DNA from: Torpedo marmorata
Lineage: Eukaryota
DNA length: 64,000 nucleotides
Assembly: GCA_977017645.1 (NCBI GenBank)
Contig: OZ360224.1
Span: 118,730,001 to 118,794,000, forward strand
Direction of reading: 5' to 3'
Shown: in pieces, positions 12,204 to 24,200 of the stretch
Layout: every line of letters begins with the position of its first letter
Position numbering within the stretch: the first letter of the stretch is position 1
Made by a program: the position numbers and the translations under genes
The notes under the pieces: generated by a model
Told to the model about the DNA's origin: nothing
Seen by the model: the letters and a program-made list of their open reading frames with translations, nothing else
Databases searched by the model: none

Positions 12204-14262
12204 CAAGTCAAGTTTATTGTCATCTGATTGTACAAGTATCACCCGACAAAACAGCGTTCTTTGGTCCTCGGCGCAAAAACATGCAGACACACAACCAGAC
12301 ATAGCATCCATACAGACAAATAATATATCTCTAAAAATAAATAAATAAATAAACATTGTTTTGTACGATCATCTCCTTCGTCTTGTCCACATTGAGACTC
12401 AGGTTGTTATTCTCGCACCATTTCACGAGAATTTCCATCTCTTCTCTGTAGTGCGACTCATCATTGTTGCTGATGAGGCCAACTACTGTTGTGTCATCTG
12501 CAAACTTGATGACACTGTTAGAGCTGGATCTGGCAATGCAGTCGTGGGTCAGTAGCATGAACAGGAACTGGCTGAGCACACAGCCCTGAGGTGCGCCAGT
12601 GCTCAGCGTGGCGGTGCTCGATATTCTGCTAACCAGTGGGGTCTTTCCATTAGGAAGTCCAGGATCCAGTTGCAGAGAGGGATGTTGAGTCCCAGCGAGG
12701 ACAGCTTCTCCACCAGCCTCTGGGGAATGATTGTATTAAACGCTGAACTGAAGTCAATGAACAGCAGCCTGGCGTATGAGGCGTCATTCTCCAGGTGGGC
12801 CAGGACAGCGTGAAGCGACAAGGCTATAGCATCATCTGTAGAACGGTTTCTTCTACAGGCAAATTGAAATGGATCCAGCATCTCTGGGAGGTGTGCTTTG
12901 ATGCGTTCCATCACCAGATGCTCGAAGCATTTCATAATGGTGGAGGTCAGTGCCACAGGGCGGTTGTCATTGAGGCCTGTTATTGTCGCCCTCTTGGGTA
13001 CCAGGATGATGGTGCCTGTCTTGAACCCTGCGGAAACGATGGACTGCTGCAGTTAGGTCTTGAAGATGTCCGTGAAGACCTCCATCAATTGGTCTGCACA
13101 GTCCTTCAGTACCCGACCAGGTATGTTTTCTGGTCTCGCCGCCTTGTGTGGGTTCACCTTGGATAGGGTTCTCACCTTGGCCGCGACTCATCAGGGGAAC
13201 ACAGAACTTTCTTTGGCATCATCCTGTTCTCCTCATCAAACCGTGCATAGGTGTTCAGTCTGTCCGGAAGGGAGGCGTCATTGTCCTTAATTCGCACAGT
13301 TGACATTTTTTTTTAAATTTAGACATGCAGCATGGTAACAGGCCATTTCGGTCCACAAGTCCGTGCCGCCCAATTTACACCCAATTAACCTACACCCCCG
13401 GTACGTTTCGAACGGTGGGAGGAAACCGGAGCCCCCGGGAAAACCCACGCAGATACGGGGAGAACGTACAAACACCTTTTCAGACAACGTGGGATTCGAC
13501 CCCAAGTCCCAATTGCTGGCGCTGTAAATGCATTGCGCTAACCGCTACGCCAACCGTGCCGCCCGTGATCCGTTATAGTCTTGATCCATTGCTACATGCG
13601 CCTTGTGTCACACAGCTGTCTGTGGATCTTCTGTGCGTACCCACGCTTTGCCTTCCGGATTGCATGGGAGAGTTCAGCCCTGGCTGATCTTAGTGCCATC
13701 CTATCCCCTGTCCTGACGGCAGCATCACGAGCTCTGAGAAGGGCCCAGACCTCTGCATCCAACCATGGTTTCTGGTTATTCCAGGTTGTGAAGCATTTGA
13801 TCTCGGTGACATCCTCAATGCACTTGCTGATGTAGCCAGTCACTGAGCTCGTGTACTCCTCTATGTTTACATGACCGTTGTAGGTGGCCGCCTCCCTGAA
13901 ACAGCTCCAGTCCGTGGTCTCAAAGCATTCTTGCAGTGCTGCTATGCACCACCCCCCCCCCCCCCCCCCACGACTAGCCACGTCCTGATCTCCCTGCGAA
14001 CTGACCTAGTTTGCTTTGCCTGCGGTCTGCACGCCGGGGGTTAGCAGGACAGATATGTGTTCCGAGTAACCAAGGTGGGGGCGAGGTGCAGCCTTGTACG
14101 CACCAGGGACGTTGGTGTGCACTTGTTCTCTCCTCTGGTGGCGAAGTTCACATACTGTTGAAACCGTGGTAAGATCGTTTTCAGGTTGGCGTGATTGAAG
14201 TCGCCAGCAACAATCATGGCACTGTCAGGGTGGGAAGTCTGAGCTTCGCAGATGGGCATCAC
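12204..14262 (-). mobile_element. Rex1/Babar-type LINE fragment (EN end plus RT)
   Basis: GDFNHANL (EN); [32 protein letters not shown] and IKFADDTTVVGLI (RT); 3' end AATAAACTTGACTTGAC. Confidence 0.9.
13306..13564 (-). mobile_element. V-SINE (HE1-like) inserted in Rex1
   Basis: Reverse complement begins GGGCGGCACGGTTGGCGTAGCGGTTAGCGC; V-domain; A-rich tail. Confidence 0.88.
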
Positions 14263-15219
14263 ATACTTCCGTGGTCAGAGTGAAGCTCCCTCCACGCTGT
14301 CCCAACACACCCCCAGGGTCAAACACAGAGAGAGGCTCCCTCCACACACTCCCGGGGTCGAATGCAGAGTGAAACTCCCTCTTCACAATCTCCCAGAGCA
14401 GGGACAGCGAACTCCGTATGGTCCAAGATACTGACTTCATCAACTTGAGGTAAATGAGTGAAGCAAAATTGTAACCAAATGCAAGGTGAACTCCAGGGTT
14501 TGTTACACTGTCAGCTCAGATCATTTGTGAGAAAGAAACTTTTCATGTGGCCCCAATTTTGTAAATAACCGTGTAGATACTGTTGGAGTGGCAGCATGGT
14601 GAGTGGTGGGGGGGGGAGGTGGGGGGAGAGAGGGGACGTGGGTTTTGTTATGTTTATTAGAGAGGGAATGAGGTGCAGAGTTCAATCGTTACAGGCTGTG
14701 TTTTGGAGGAGCATCAATTCCAGGTGAGCAGGTAATCGACGAGCTGAGTGGGATCTCCCTTTGTAAATGTCTTCGTGCTCCTGGCAACCAAACTCCATCC
14801 ATGAACTGTCCGACGAGGGCAGTGTGGGCACAAAGAGGGGCAGGGGCACGGGAGTGGACCTGTAAAAGTGGGCCTGCCAGAGTGGGCTTCAGCGAGGAGG
14901 CTCCGACACCTTGGCTGCACAGCCAATGTTGATGATGACTGGGCCAAAGCTCGGCAACATTTCAGGTAGTGTGAGGACAAAACTCAGAGTGCAGATTAAG
15001 GTGGCCTTTCCACCTGCACCGTCTACCACACGTGGGAGTTCCTCTCGACAACGGCATCCGCAGGACCTGCCTTGCTTTGTCCCACTGAGAACAGCCAACA
15101 CGGGAACAGGCCCTTCGGCCCAACTCTGCATGCTGACCATGAGGCCAATATGATAAACTCCATTAGTCTGCACGGTCGACGTTCCTCCATTCGCTGCTTG
15201 TTTGGGATGAGTACGAACC

Positions 15220-18200
15220 AGTGCCTGCTGGGGACAGTGTGGGTGTTCAGGGTGAGTACGTTCCCAGTGCCTGTTGGGGAGGGTGTGGGTGTACAGAGGG
15301 AGTATGTTCCCGCTGCCTGTTGGGGAGGGTGTGGGTGTACAGAGGGAGTATGTTCCCGCTGCCTGTTGGGGAGGGTGTGGGTGTACAGAGGGAGTATGTT
15401 CCCGCTGCCTGTTGGGGATGGTGTGGGTGTACAGAGGGAGTATGTTCCCGCTGCCTGTTGGGGAGGGTGTGGGTGTACAGAGGGAGTATGTTCCCGCTGC
15501 CTGTTGGGGAGGGTGTGGGTGTACAGAGGGAGTACGTTCCCAGTGCCTGTTGGGATCGGTGTGGGTGTTCAGGGGGAGTTATGTTCCCAGTGCCTGTTGG
15601 GGAGGGTGTGAGTGTTCAGGGGGAGTATGTTCCCAGTGCCTGTTGGGGAGGGTGTGGGTGTTCAGGGGGAGTACGTTCCCAGTGCCTGTTGGGGAGGGTG
15701 TGGGTGTACAGGGTGAGTACGTTCCCGCTGCCTGTTGGGGACGGTGTGGGTGTTCAGGGGAAGTACGTTCCAAGTGCCTGTTGGGGAGGGTGTGGGTGTA
15801 CAGGGGGAGTACGTTCCCAGTGCCTGTTGGGGAGGGTGTGGGTGTACAGGGTGAGTACGTTCCCGCTGCCTGTTGGGGACGGTGTGGGTGTTCAGGGGAA
15901 GTACGTTCCAAGTGCCTGTTGGGGAGGGTGTGGGTGTACAGGGGGAGTACGTTCCCAGTGTCTGTTGGTGAGGGTGTGGGTGTTCAGGGTGAGTACGTTC
16001 CCAGTGCCTGTAGGGGAGGGTGTGGGTGTTCAGGGTGAGTACGTTCCCAGTGCCTGTTGGGGAGGGTGTAGGTGTACAGGGGGAGTACGTTCCAAGTGCC
16101 TGTTGGGGAGGGTGTGGGTGTACTGGGGAAGTACGTTCCAAGTGCCTGTTGGGGAGGGTGTGGGTGTACAGGGGGAGTACGTTCCCAGTGCCTGTTGGTG
16201 AGGGTGTGGGTGTTCAGGGTGAGTACGTTCCCAGTGCCTGTAGGGATGGGTGTGGGTGTTCAGGGGGAGTACGTTCCCGCTGCCTGTTGGGGAGGGTGTG
16301 GGTGTTCAGGGAGAGTACGTTCCCACTTCCTGTTGGGGAGGGTGTGGGTGTACAGGGGGAGTACGTTCCCACTGCCTGGTGGGGAGGGTGTGGGTGTACA
16401 GGGGGAGTACGTTCCCAGTGCCTGTTGGGGAGGGTGTAGGTGTACAGGGGGAGTACGTTCCCAGTGCCTGTTGGGATCGGTGTGGGTGTACAGGGGGTGT
16501 ATGTTCCCAGTGCCTGTTGGGGAGGGTGTGGGTGTACAGGGGGAGTTATGTTCACGCTGCCTGTTGGGGAGGGTGTGGGTGTACAGGGGGAGTACGTTCC
16601 CAGTGCCTGTTGGGATCGGTGTGGGTGTACAGGGGGAGTACGTTCCCAGTGTCTGTTGGGGAGGGTGTGGGTGTACAGGGGGAGTTATGTTCACGCTGCC
16701 TGTTGGGGAGGGTGTGGGTGTACAGGGGGAGTACGTTCCCAGTGTCTGTTGGGGAGGGTGTGGGTGTACAGAGGGAGTACGTTCCCAGTGTCTGTTGGGG
16801 AGGGTGTGGGTGTACAGGGGGAGTACGTTCCCAGTGTCTGTTGGGGAGGGTGTGGGTGTACAGAGGGAGTACGTTCCCAGTGTCTGTTGGGGAGGGTGTG
16901 GGTGTACAGGGGGAGTACGTTCCCAGTGTCTGTTGGGGAGGGTGTGGGTGTACAGGGGGAGTACGTTCCCGCTACCTGTTGGGGACGGTGTGGGTGTTCA
17001 GGGGGAGTACATTCCCAGTGCCTGTTGGGGTGGGTGTGGGTGTACAGGGGGAGTACGTTCCCAGTGCCTGTTGGGGAGGGTGTGGGTGTACAGGGGGAGT
17101 ACGCTCCCAGTGCCTGTTGGGGAGGGTGTAGGTGTTCAGGGTGAGTACGTTCCCAGTGCCTGTTGGGGAGGGTGTGGGTGTCCAGGGTGAGTACGTTCCC
17201 GCTGCCTGTTGGGGAGGGTGTGGGTGTACAGGGGGAGTTATGTTCCCGCTGCCTGTTGGGGAGGGTGTGGGTGTACAGGGGGAGTTATGTTCCCGCTGCC
17301 TGTTGGGGAGGGTGTGGGTGTCCAGGGTGAGTACGTTCCCGCTGCCTGTTGGGGAGGGTGTGGGTGTACATGGGGAGTACGTTCCCAGTGCCTGTTGGGG
17401 ACGGTGTGGATGTTCAGGGGGAGTACGTTCCCGCTGCCTGTTGGGGAGGGTGTGGGTGTACAGGGTGAGTACGTTCCCAGTGCCTGTTGGGGAGGGTGCA
17501 GGTGTTCAGGGGGAGTACGTACCCAGTGCCTGTTGGGGACGTTGTGGGTGTTCAGGGGGAGTACGTTCCCAGTGCCTGCTGGGGAGGGTGTGGGTGTACA
17601 GGGGCGTACGTTCCCAGTGCCTGTTGGGGAGGGTGTGGGTGTACAGGGGGAGTATGTTCCCGTTGCCTGTTGGAGAGAGTGTGGGTGTTCAGGGTGAGTA
17701 CTTTCCCAGTGTCTGTTGGGGAGGGTGTGGATGTTCAGGGGGAGTACGTTCGCAGTGCCTGTTGGGGTGGGTGTGGGTGTACATGGGGAGTACGTTCCCA
17801 GTGCCTGTTGGGGACGGTGTGGGTGTACATGGGGAGTACGTTCCCAGTTCCTGATGGGGAGGGTGTGGGTGTACAGGGCGAGTACGTTCCTGCTGCCTGT
17901 TGGGGAGGGTGTGGGTGTACAGGGGGAGTACGCTCCCAGTGCCTGTTGGGGAGGGTGTGGGTGTACAGGGGGAGTACGTTCCCTGTGCCTGTTGGGGTGG
18001 GTGTGGGTGTACAGGGGGAGTACGTTCCCAGTGCCTGTTGGGGAGGGTGTGGGTGTACTGGGCAAGTACATTCCCAGTTCCTGATGGGGAGGGTGTGGGT
18101 GTACAGGGCGAGTACGTTCCTGCTGCCTGTTGGGGAGGGTGTGTGTGTACAGGGGGAGTACGCTCCCAGTGCCTGTTGGGGAGGGTGTGGGTGTACAGGG

Positions 18201-18520
18201 GGAGTACGTTCCCTGTGCCTGTTGGGGTGGGTGTGGATGTTCAGGGTGAGTACGTTCGCAGTGCCTGTTGGGGACGGTGTGGGTGTACAGGGCGAGTACG
18301 TTCGCAGGGCCTGTTGGGGAGGGTGTGGGAGTACAGGGTGAGTACGTTCGCAGGGCCTGTTGGGGAGGGTGTGGGAGTACAGGGCGAGTACGTTCGCAGG
18401 GCCTGTTGGGGAGGGTGTGGGAGTACAGGGTGAGTACGTTCGCAGGGCCTGTTGGGGAGGGTGTGGGAGTACAGGGCGAGTACGTTCGCAGGGCCTGTTG
18501 GGGAGGGTGTGGGTGTTCTG
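15220..18520. repeat. 46-bp G-rich minisatellite (GGGAGTACGTTCCCAGTGCCTGTTGGGGAGGGTGTGGGTGTACAGG), ~70 copies
   Basis: 46-bp periodicity (AGTATG at 15301 and 15347); accounts for all repetitive ORFs in this interval. Confidence 0.96.
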
Positions 18521-18663
18521 GATAAGTTGGTTCCTGATTCCTGTGGCTAAGGACAGGTATCTGCCAGGGACTTCCCCAGATGATTTCCCGATGCTTCTGA
18601 CACGTCCCATGGCCCCCAAACTTCTGGTGATCCACGCAATACAGAACAGTGGCAGAATCCTAC

Positions 18664-18748
18664 CCTTCGGGACCACTGCTCCGACGGGAACGTTTGGCTA
18701 GGTGTTCCTCCTCCAAGTCCATGACTTCACTTCTTATCAGTTTGTACA
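18664..18748 (-). CDS. NVL: NVL coding exon 4 (YKLIRSEVMDLEEEHLAKRSRRSSGPE)
   Basis: cag|TG TAC...GAA GG|gtagga; 85 nt, phase 1/2. Matches recalled LEDEHLAKRAR. Confidence 0.92.
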
Positions 18749-18774
18749 CTGCAAAGACAGGTTTGACAGCTGAA

Positions 18775-19305
18775 AGAGGGGGAAAACCCCGGGGACGGAC
18801 GGCTGAGAGGGAGGGGGGGGAAACACCGCGGACGGGCGGCCGAGAGGGAGAGGGGTGGGGGGAACGGCGGAGACGGGCGGCCGAGAGGGAGAGGGGGTGG
18901 GGGGGAACGCCGGAGATGGGCGGCCGAGAGGGAGGGGGGGAAACGCCAGGGATGGATGGTTGAGAGGGAGGTGGGAACAGCGGAGATGGGCGGCCAAGAG
19001 GGAGGGGGGGAAACGCCAGGGACGGACGGCTTAGGTGGAGGGGGGGGGGGAATGCCGGAGATGGGCAGCCGAGAAAGGGTGGGGGGTGGGGGGGAACGCC
19101 GGGGACGAGCAGCCCCTGACACCAAGAGCATTTCCCCCACTCTGGGATCCCGGTGCCCCACTCTGAGACCCCCGTCCCCCACTCTGTGACCTCCGTCCGC
19201 CACTCTGGGACCCCTGTTCACCACTGTGGGACCCCTGCCCCCCACTCTGGGTCCCCTGCCCCCCACTCTGTGACCCCTGTCCCCCACTCTGGGACCCCGA
19301 CCACA
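18775..19305. repeat. GC-rich intronic minisatellites (~40-bp GGCGGCCGAGAGGGAGGGG units, then 21-bp CCCCACTCTGGGACCCCTGT units)
   Basis: Direct tandem repeats. Confidence 0.8.
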
Positions 19306-19345
19306 TGTGCCCCTCTCTACAACCCCGTCTGGGCTGCCGACTCAC

Positions 19346-19398
19346 CCTTCTCCACCTGGATCCGGAAGACGTTCCTCTTCCGCCGCCCATAGTCCATA
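19346..19398 (-). CDS. NVL: NVL coding exon 3 (MDYGRRKRNVFRIQVEK; nucleolar localisation RRKR)
   Basis: cag|T ATG...AAG G|gtgagt; 53 nt. Matches recalled IDYGRRKRNAFRIQVEK. Confidence 0.96.
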
Positions 19399-19655
19399 CT
19401 GTGAATGAGGAGACACTCCATCACCAGCACGCTCCCACCTCTTGTCACAGAGTTCCCTGCACTCCACCGAACGGCCCGAAGACCACGGAGGCCCTCCACC
19501 CCCCACCCCACCGCAGGACGGTCCCAGCGACCCCCCCACCACAGGACGGTCCCAGAGACCCCCCCACCACAGGACAGTCCCAGAGACCCCCACCACCACA
19601 GGACAGTCCCAGAGACCCCCCCAGCCCACCACAGGACAGTCCAAGAGACCCCCCC

Positions 19656-20252
19656 TGAGAAAGTTGACTCTAAAATGGCGTCCAATGTTGCAAAGCATTG
19701 CGAGACGTTTGACCAGAGTAACTTACTTATAGTACATAAATACTTTAAGTGTGATTAGATTTAAGCTTCTGCTTATACAGAGATACTTAACAAACAAAAC
19801 TAGACAGCTCCTTATTTATTCTAAACTGCACTCTGTACCATGGAGCAAATAACGGTCAAAAGGACACGAAGGATAGTAAAAACAACTCCTCATAAGGAGT
19901 ATGTTTAAATAGGTTAAAACTGCTGGACTACAAAATACGTAATCACGAGTTAGAATGAATGGTATCTAAACTGCTTATCAGATGGAAGTAGCTGCTTAAG
20001 GAAAAACAAGTCCACTTATAGTGCATCTGAACTTTGTTACTGACTAATGTATTTAAGTGCTAAGAACTAAGAATGATATAAAAACCTCGGATGTGTAAGC
20101 ATGCTTTGAGTGGGGGCTCCAGAGCACAGAGCATATGTGCTTATGCTCAGTGTTGTACTCTGGCCACTCCGATCCGGATCAAGTTGATTAAACCGATTTG
20201 TTCTATTGAACTGTTGTTGTCTGGTTATTCTCTTAGATAACGAACTTTTACA
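19656..20252 (+). repeat. ERV 5' LTR (597 bp)
   Basis: TGAGAAAGTT...AACTTTTACA imperfect terminal inverted repeat; TATAAAAA at ~20077; ATTAAA at ~20187; followed directly by the PBS. Confidence 0.85.
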
Positions 20253-20253
20253 T

Positions 20254-20271
20254 TGGCGTAGTCGGCAGGAT
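20254..20271 (+). promoter_or_regulatory. Primer-binding site complementary to tRNA-Ser 3' end
   Basis: TGGCGTAGTCGGCAGGAT is the reverse complement of vertebrate tRNA-Ser ...ATCCTGCCGACTACGCCA. Candidate major splice donor CCG|GTGAGT at 20455. Confidence 0.92.
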
Positions 20272-21228
20272 TTCGCTGGGACAGATGCCGGTGACCGAGT
20301 AAGAGGCTGCAGGTTTCCGGGATCGAAAGAGGAGAAAAGTGAGCTCTAGTCAGACCCCATAAGACCGACCTCCCAAAGAAACTCTCGGGAATACTGTGGT
20401 CCCTCATCCGAGGTAGATCTGATTCCCTGCCGAAATCCAGGAAGAGAGAATACCGGTGAGTAAAAAAGAAAATATATATTCGGGTAGTGAAAAAGGGAAA
20501 ACTTGTGGCGCCGGGGAAGTTGCAGGCAAGAGGCTTGCTAGTGAAAAATCGCAAGCAGTAAGACTTGTTGCTCAGTAAATTAGGATAGGGTCCATCTCCG
20601 ACACCTTGCCCTAGACTGGTTGTTAAGAGAGGAAATCCTCCACGCGAAGGTCGGGAACCTGAAGTAGGTGCAAAGGAGACGGATTGAGGGGCTAATGGGA
20701 AATAGCCTGGATAAAAGTGACGGGGGAGCACCTGTACAGATAATGTGTTATTTGGAACCTCAATATAATAAAGACTATCGAACCTTAAGTTATCGGTTAA
20801 CCATGAGATTAGGAAACGAGGCCTGGCCCGTTGGAGGAACATGGAATGTTGAGACAATAAAGAAAGCAGAGATGTTAATATGGGAAAAAGACGCAGGGAA
20901 AAAGTGGAAAAAGCGGATTAAGGAATGGAGAGAAGAAGCTCACAGGAAAGCAGAGGATGCAAGGAGTAGGAGTTGGATGAATAATGAATGTAAAAAGGGT
21001 ATAGAGATACATGATAAGGAAGGAAAACTCAAAGAATGGAAGGTTCTGGAGGCAGAATGTAAGTGGATAGAGGAGAAGGAAAAACGTGAGAAAGAAAGTA
21101 ATGGTACCAGTAAAGAAAATCCTCGGAAACAGCTAGTTAACAAAAAACGCGAGGAAAAACCACAGGCAAGTTCAGTCTCCGGAGACCCCATGTTTGGCAT
21201 AATGACCCTAACAATCAGTGATAATGAG

Positions 21229-24200
21229 TATTATGGTGACTTCGATCCAACAATAGTCACCTGGAGGCTAAGTGAGATACTTGTCTTTGACGCGTTTTAA
21301 TTAATTTACTAACAAAGTCCAATATGTTCAAAAACTTTATTTACATACGTGACTTGCAGTAATCTTCAATGACTTTAATATAAACAGTTCTTGAAATGAT
21401 GTATGATGAGTTCCTTTAAATGATTCCTTAAACTGTACTTAGTTGTTCAAACAATTCCAAACCACAAAGTAATCGGTTCAATGTTCAATGAAATGATGTA
21501 TAAGACGTTTAGAAACTATCTTTGAAACGCTGTATTAAACGATGTCTGAAACACTCGATGAAACGATATAAAAAGTTATAAAACGGTCAATAAAGATATG
21601 GAGATCACACTCACCCTCCTAATCTCCATCTTTTTCCTATTCTCTCTCCTTCGCGCATGCTCCGTTGCTCCTATACCACTGCGCACGCTCCACCGCGCAC
21701 ACTACATCTCCCACTATACACCGCGCACAATGACGTCACTCCAGACTGCGCATGCGCCCGTCGGCACTCCAGCGCATGCGCAGAGCACAGAACAGGCCGA
21801 GGACGGCCTACAGACAGCGCGAGCGCTCCACAACCCGACGAGGCATCGGAGCGCCGCAGCAAAGGTAAGTTAATGAGCCTACGGCACTTACACCGGCCCA
21901 TAATTATTATAATTAGACGCAATGTCTTAAATAATAATTACACTATAAATTATAAATAACAATAACCATAACATTCAAACAATACAAATCTTCTTTCTTC
22001 CTTCTTCATAAACCCAGAGTTTACCATAACTCTGAATCAACAAAAGTCTGTAACCTGTGAAGTATACAACAACAAATAAAGTCAGTTTATATTTATCAAA
22101 GTTCCTCTGTCTCCAACAAAAGACAGACCTTGTTAATAGGTCTGTTTAGAAAACCAGTCTTAGCTTTAATTCGCACTTGACGCACAAGTCCCCTTTTGTC
22201 TTGAAAAGTCTCAATAATTTTTACAAGTAACCAGGAGTTTCTTGAAGTTGAATTATCCATAATATCAATGTCTCTTTAAAGCTCTTTTATCTCCATAATC
22301 TGAGTTAAAACGTCAACCAGTAAACCTCAAATCTTCCTCAGACAAAATAGATACAGTTTTTCTTTTGAATTTAACACAAGGCACTTCTTCAGCATGTCGT
22401 TTCACTTTATTCCTTTCTTCAGTATTCCACTTCTCATGTGAAGAATTTAAACTCTTAGAATTAGAATTTGAATATTTATCTGATCCTTTCGATTTTAAAC
22501 AGGTCTGTTTAACCACTTTGGTTTCTATTGCTCTTTCCTGCAATTCTAAATCCAATTTTGCAACTTTCAATTCAGTCTCAGTTCTTTCCGAGAAATTAAT
22601 AATTTGATCTGAAGTCAAAATATCATGTGATACATTGATATTTCCATTGTCAATCCTGTTGCGACAAACTTGAAATTTTTTAATTTCTTCATCTTATTTG
22701 TTACATTTCTGCAATGCAATATCACATTCTTTCTGCATTGTTAATTGTTGAACATTCAACTTACATTCTTGATTGGTTTTTAAAGTCAACTGTTTTGTGT
22801 TATTAACCAATAACTTATTCTCTTTTAAAACATTAATCTCTTCCTCCAACCTTTTACATTTTGATAATGCTGAATCTCTTTCCTCAATAACTGTATTCAT
22901 TTCTTCAGCAGTTATTCTTTTCTTCCGCTTTCTGACTTTGCGAGTTTTACTTACAATTAAATCTTTCTGTTTACTGTTTTCTTGATTATCTAATATTTCC
23001 AATTCCCCTTTCAACATTTTGTTCTCTGAATTCAATTGCATTAAATTATCATTCACATTATTCTTTATTCCATCAGCACAATTTTCTGTGTTTTCCAGTT
23101 TTACATCACATTGCAATATTTCTTCATTAGCTTTGTCTATTGTATTCTCTGAACTACAAAAGCTACATTCAGATTTGTTTTCAGTCACTTGTTTTATTCC
23201 TGTATCTGATTCAATTACACATGAACAATCAATAGTATTATTTGCAACATCTTCTAATACTTCACTTTCATCCATTTCTGACGAAATTAATTCCTTCAAT
23301 GTTGTTTTAAATACCATTGATTTATTTTCACATTGATCTGTTTTCTTTTCTTCAAAAGTGATTTTCTTATTCACAGTTTTTTGCTCTTCGCTTAACTCTT
23401 CAACTTTCACAACCGAAATTCTATTAATATTTATCGCTAACTGTTCCTGAGCAATATCATTATTTCTTTCCAGTGGTCCATTGATTGTCCAACCAAACTT
23501 GGTTCTAATAGCGTAAGGTCCATTCCTTTTACTCTGTATTACTTCTTTTGGTTCCAAAACCTTTGGCACATCTGAACCAATCAGCATTTCTATCTCAGAA
23601 TTAATTTCAGGTAAATAAACCTTCCACAGATAAGCTAAATGATGGATATCCTTTTGATGAGTAATATTTCCTTCATTCACTGGCATAGTCTTCCGAGTAT
23701 ATAAACTTGGAAGATCACAAAATTTTTTGTCATCCAATCCAGCAACCTCTAAGCCTGAAACAATGTTAGTTTCAACAACCTTTTCTTGTCCCATGGTTTT
23801 TAACATAATTCTTGATCTTTTTCCTTGAATATTAAGTTTATTCATTAGTCCTTCCGTGCAAAAAGATGCAGTGCTGCCTGGGTCTAGAAATGCATATGTT
23901 TTTACTATTGCATCCCCTTTCTTGGTCTTGACTTGTACAGGCACTATCGAAAGTTTGCAGTTATCCACACCGGCCCCGGTAAGACCACTTGTCTGAACCG
24001 AGGTTATAACATTATTTTCTGTTGTTTCCTTTGTTTCTGTTTGCTCCTTTTCCAATTCCTTGTTTCTGTTATGGATATGCAAAATTCTAGGATGTTTCAA
24101 ATTGCATATGTTACAATTAATTCGCTTCTCGCAGTTTTTACTGATGTGCCCTTTACACAGACAGCTAAAACATATTCCATTTTCCTTTAAGAAAGCGATC

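Noticed and set aside
15072-18701. Many 100-465 aa repetitive ORFs, and a CRISPR-like appearance
   Set aside because: Pure 46-bp tandem repeat with no unique spacers and no cas genes; eukaryotic context.
20225-20857. 210-aa antisense ORF over the ERV leader
   Set aside because: No recognisable motif, and no second copy to test conservation.
21598-21873. Signal-peptide-like antisense ORF in the BEL LTR (MEITLTLLISIFFLFSLL..)
   Set aside because: The hydrophobicity comes from a pyrimidine run, and the related solo LTR has a stop after 8 codons.
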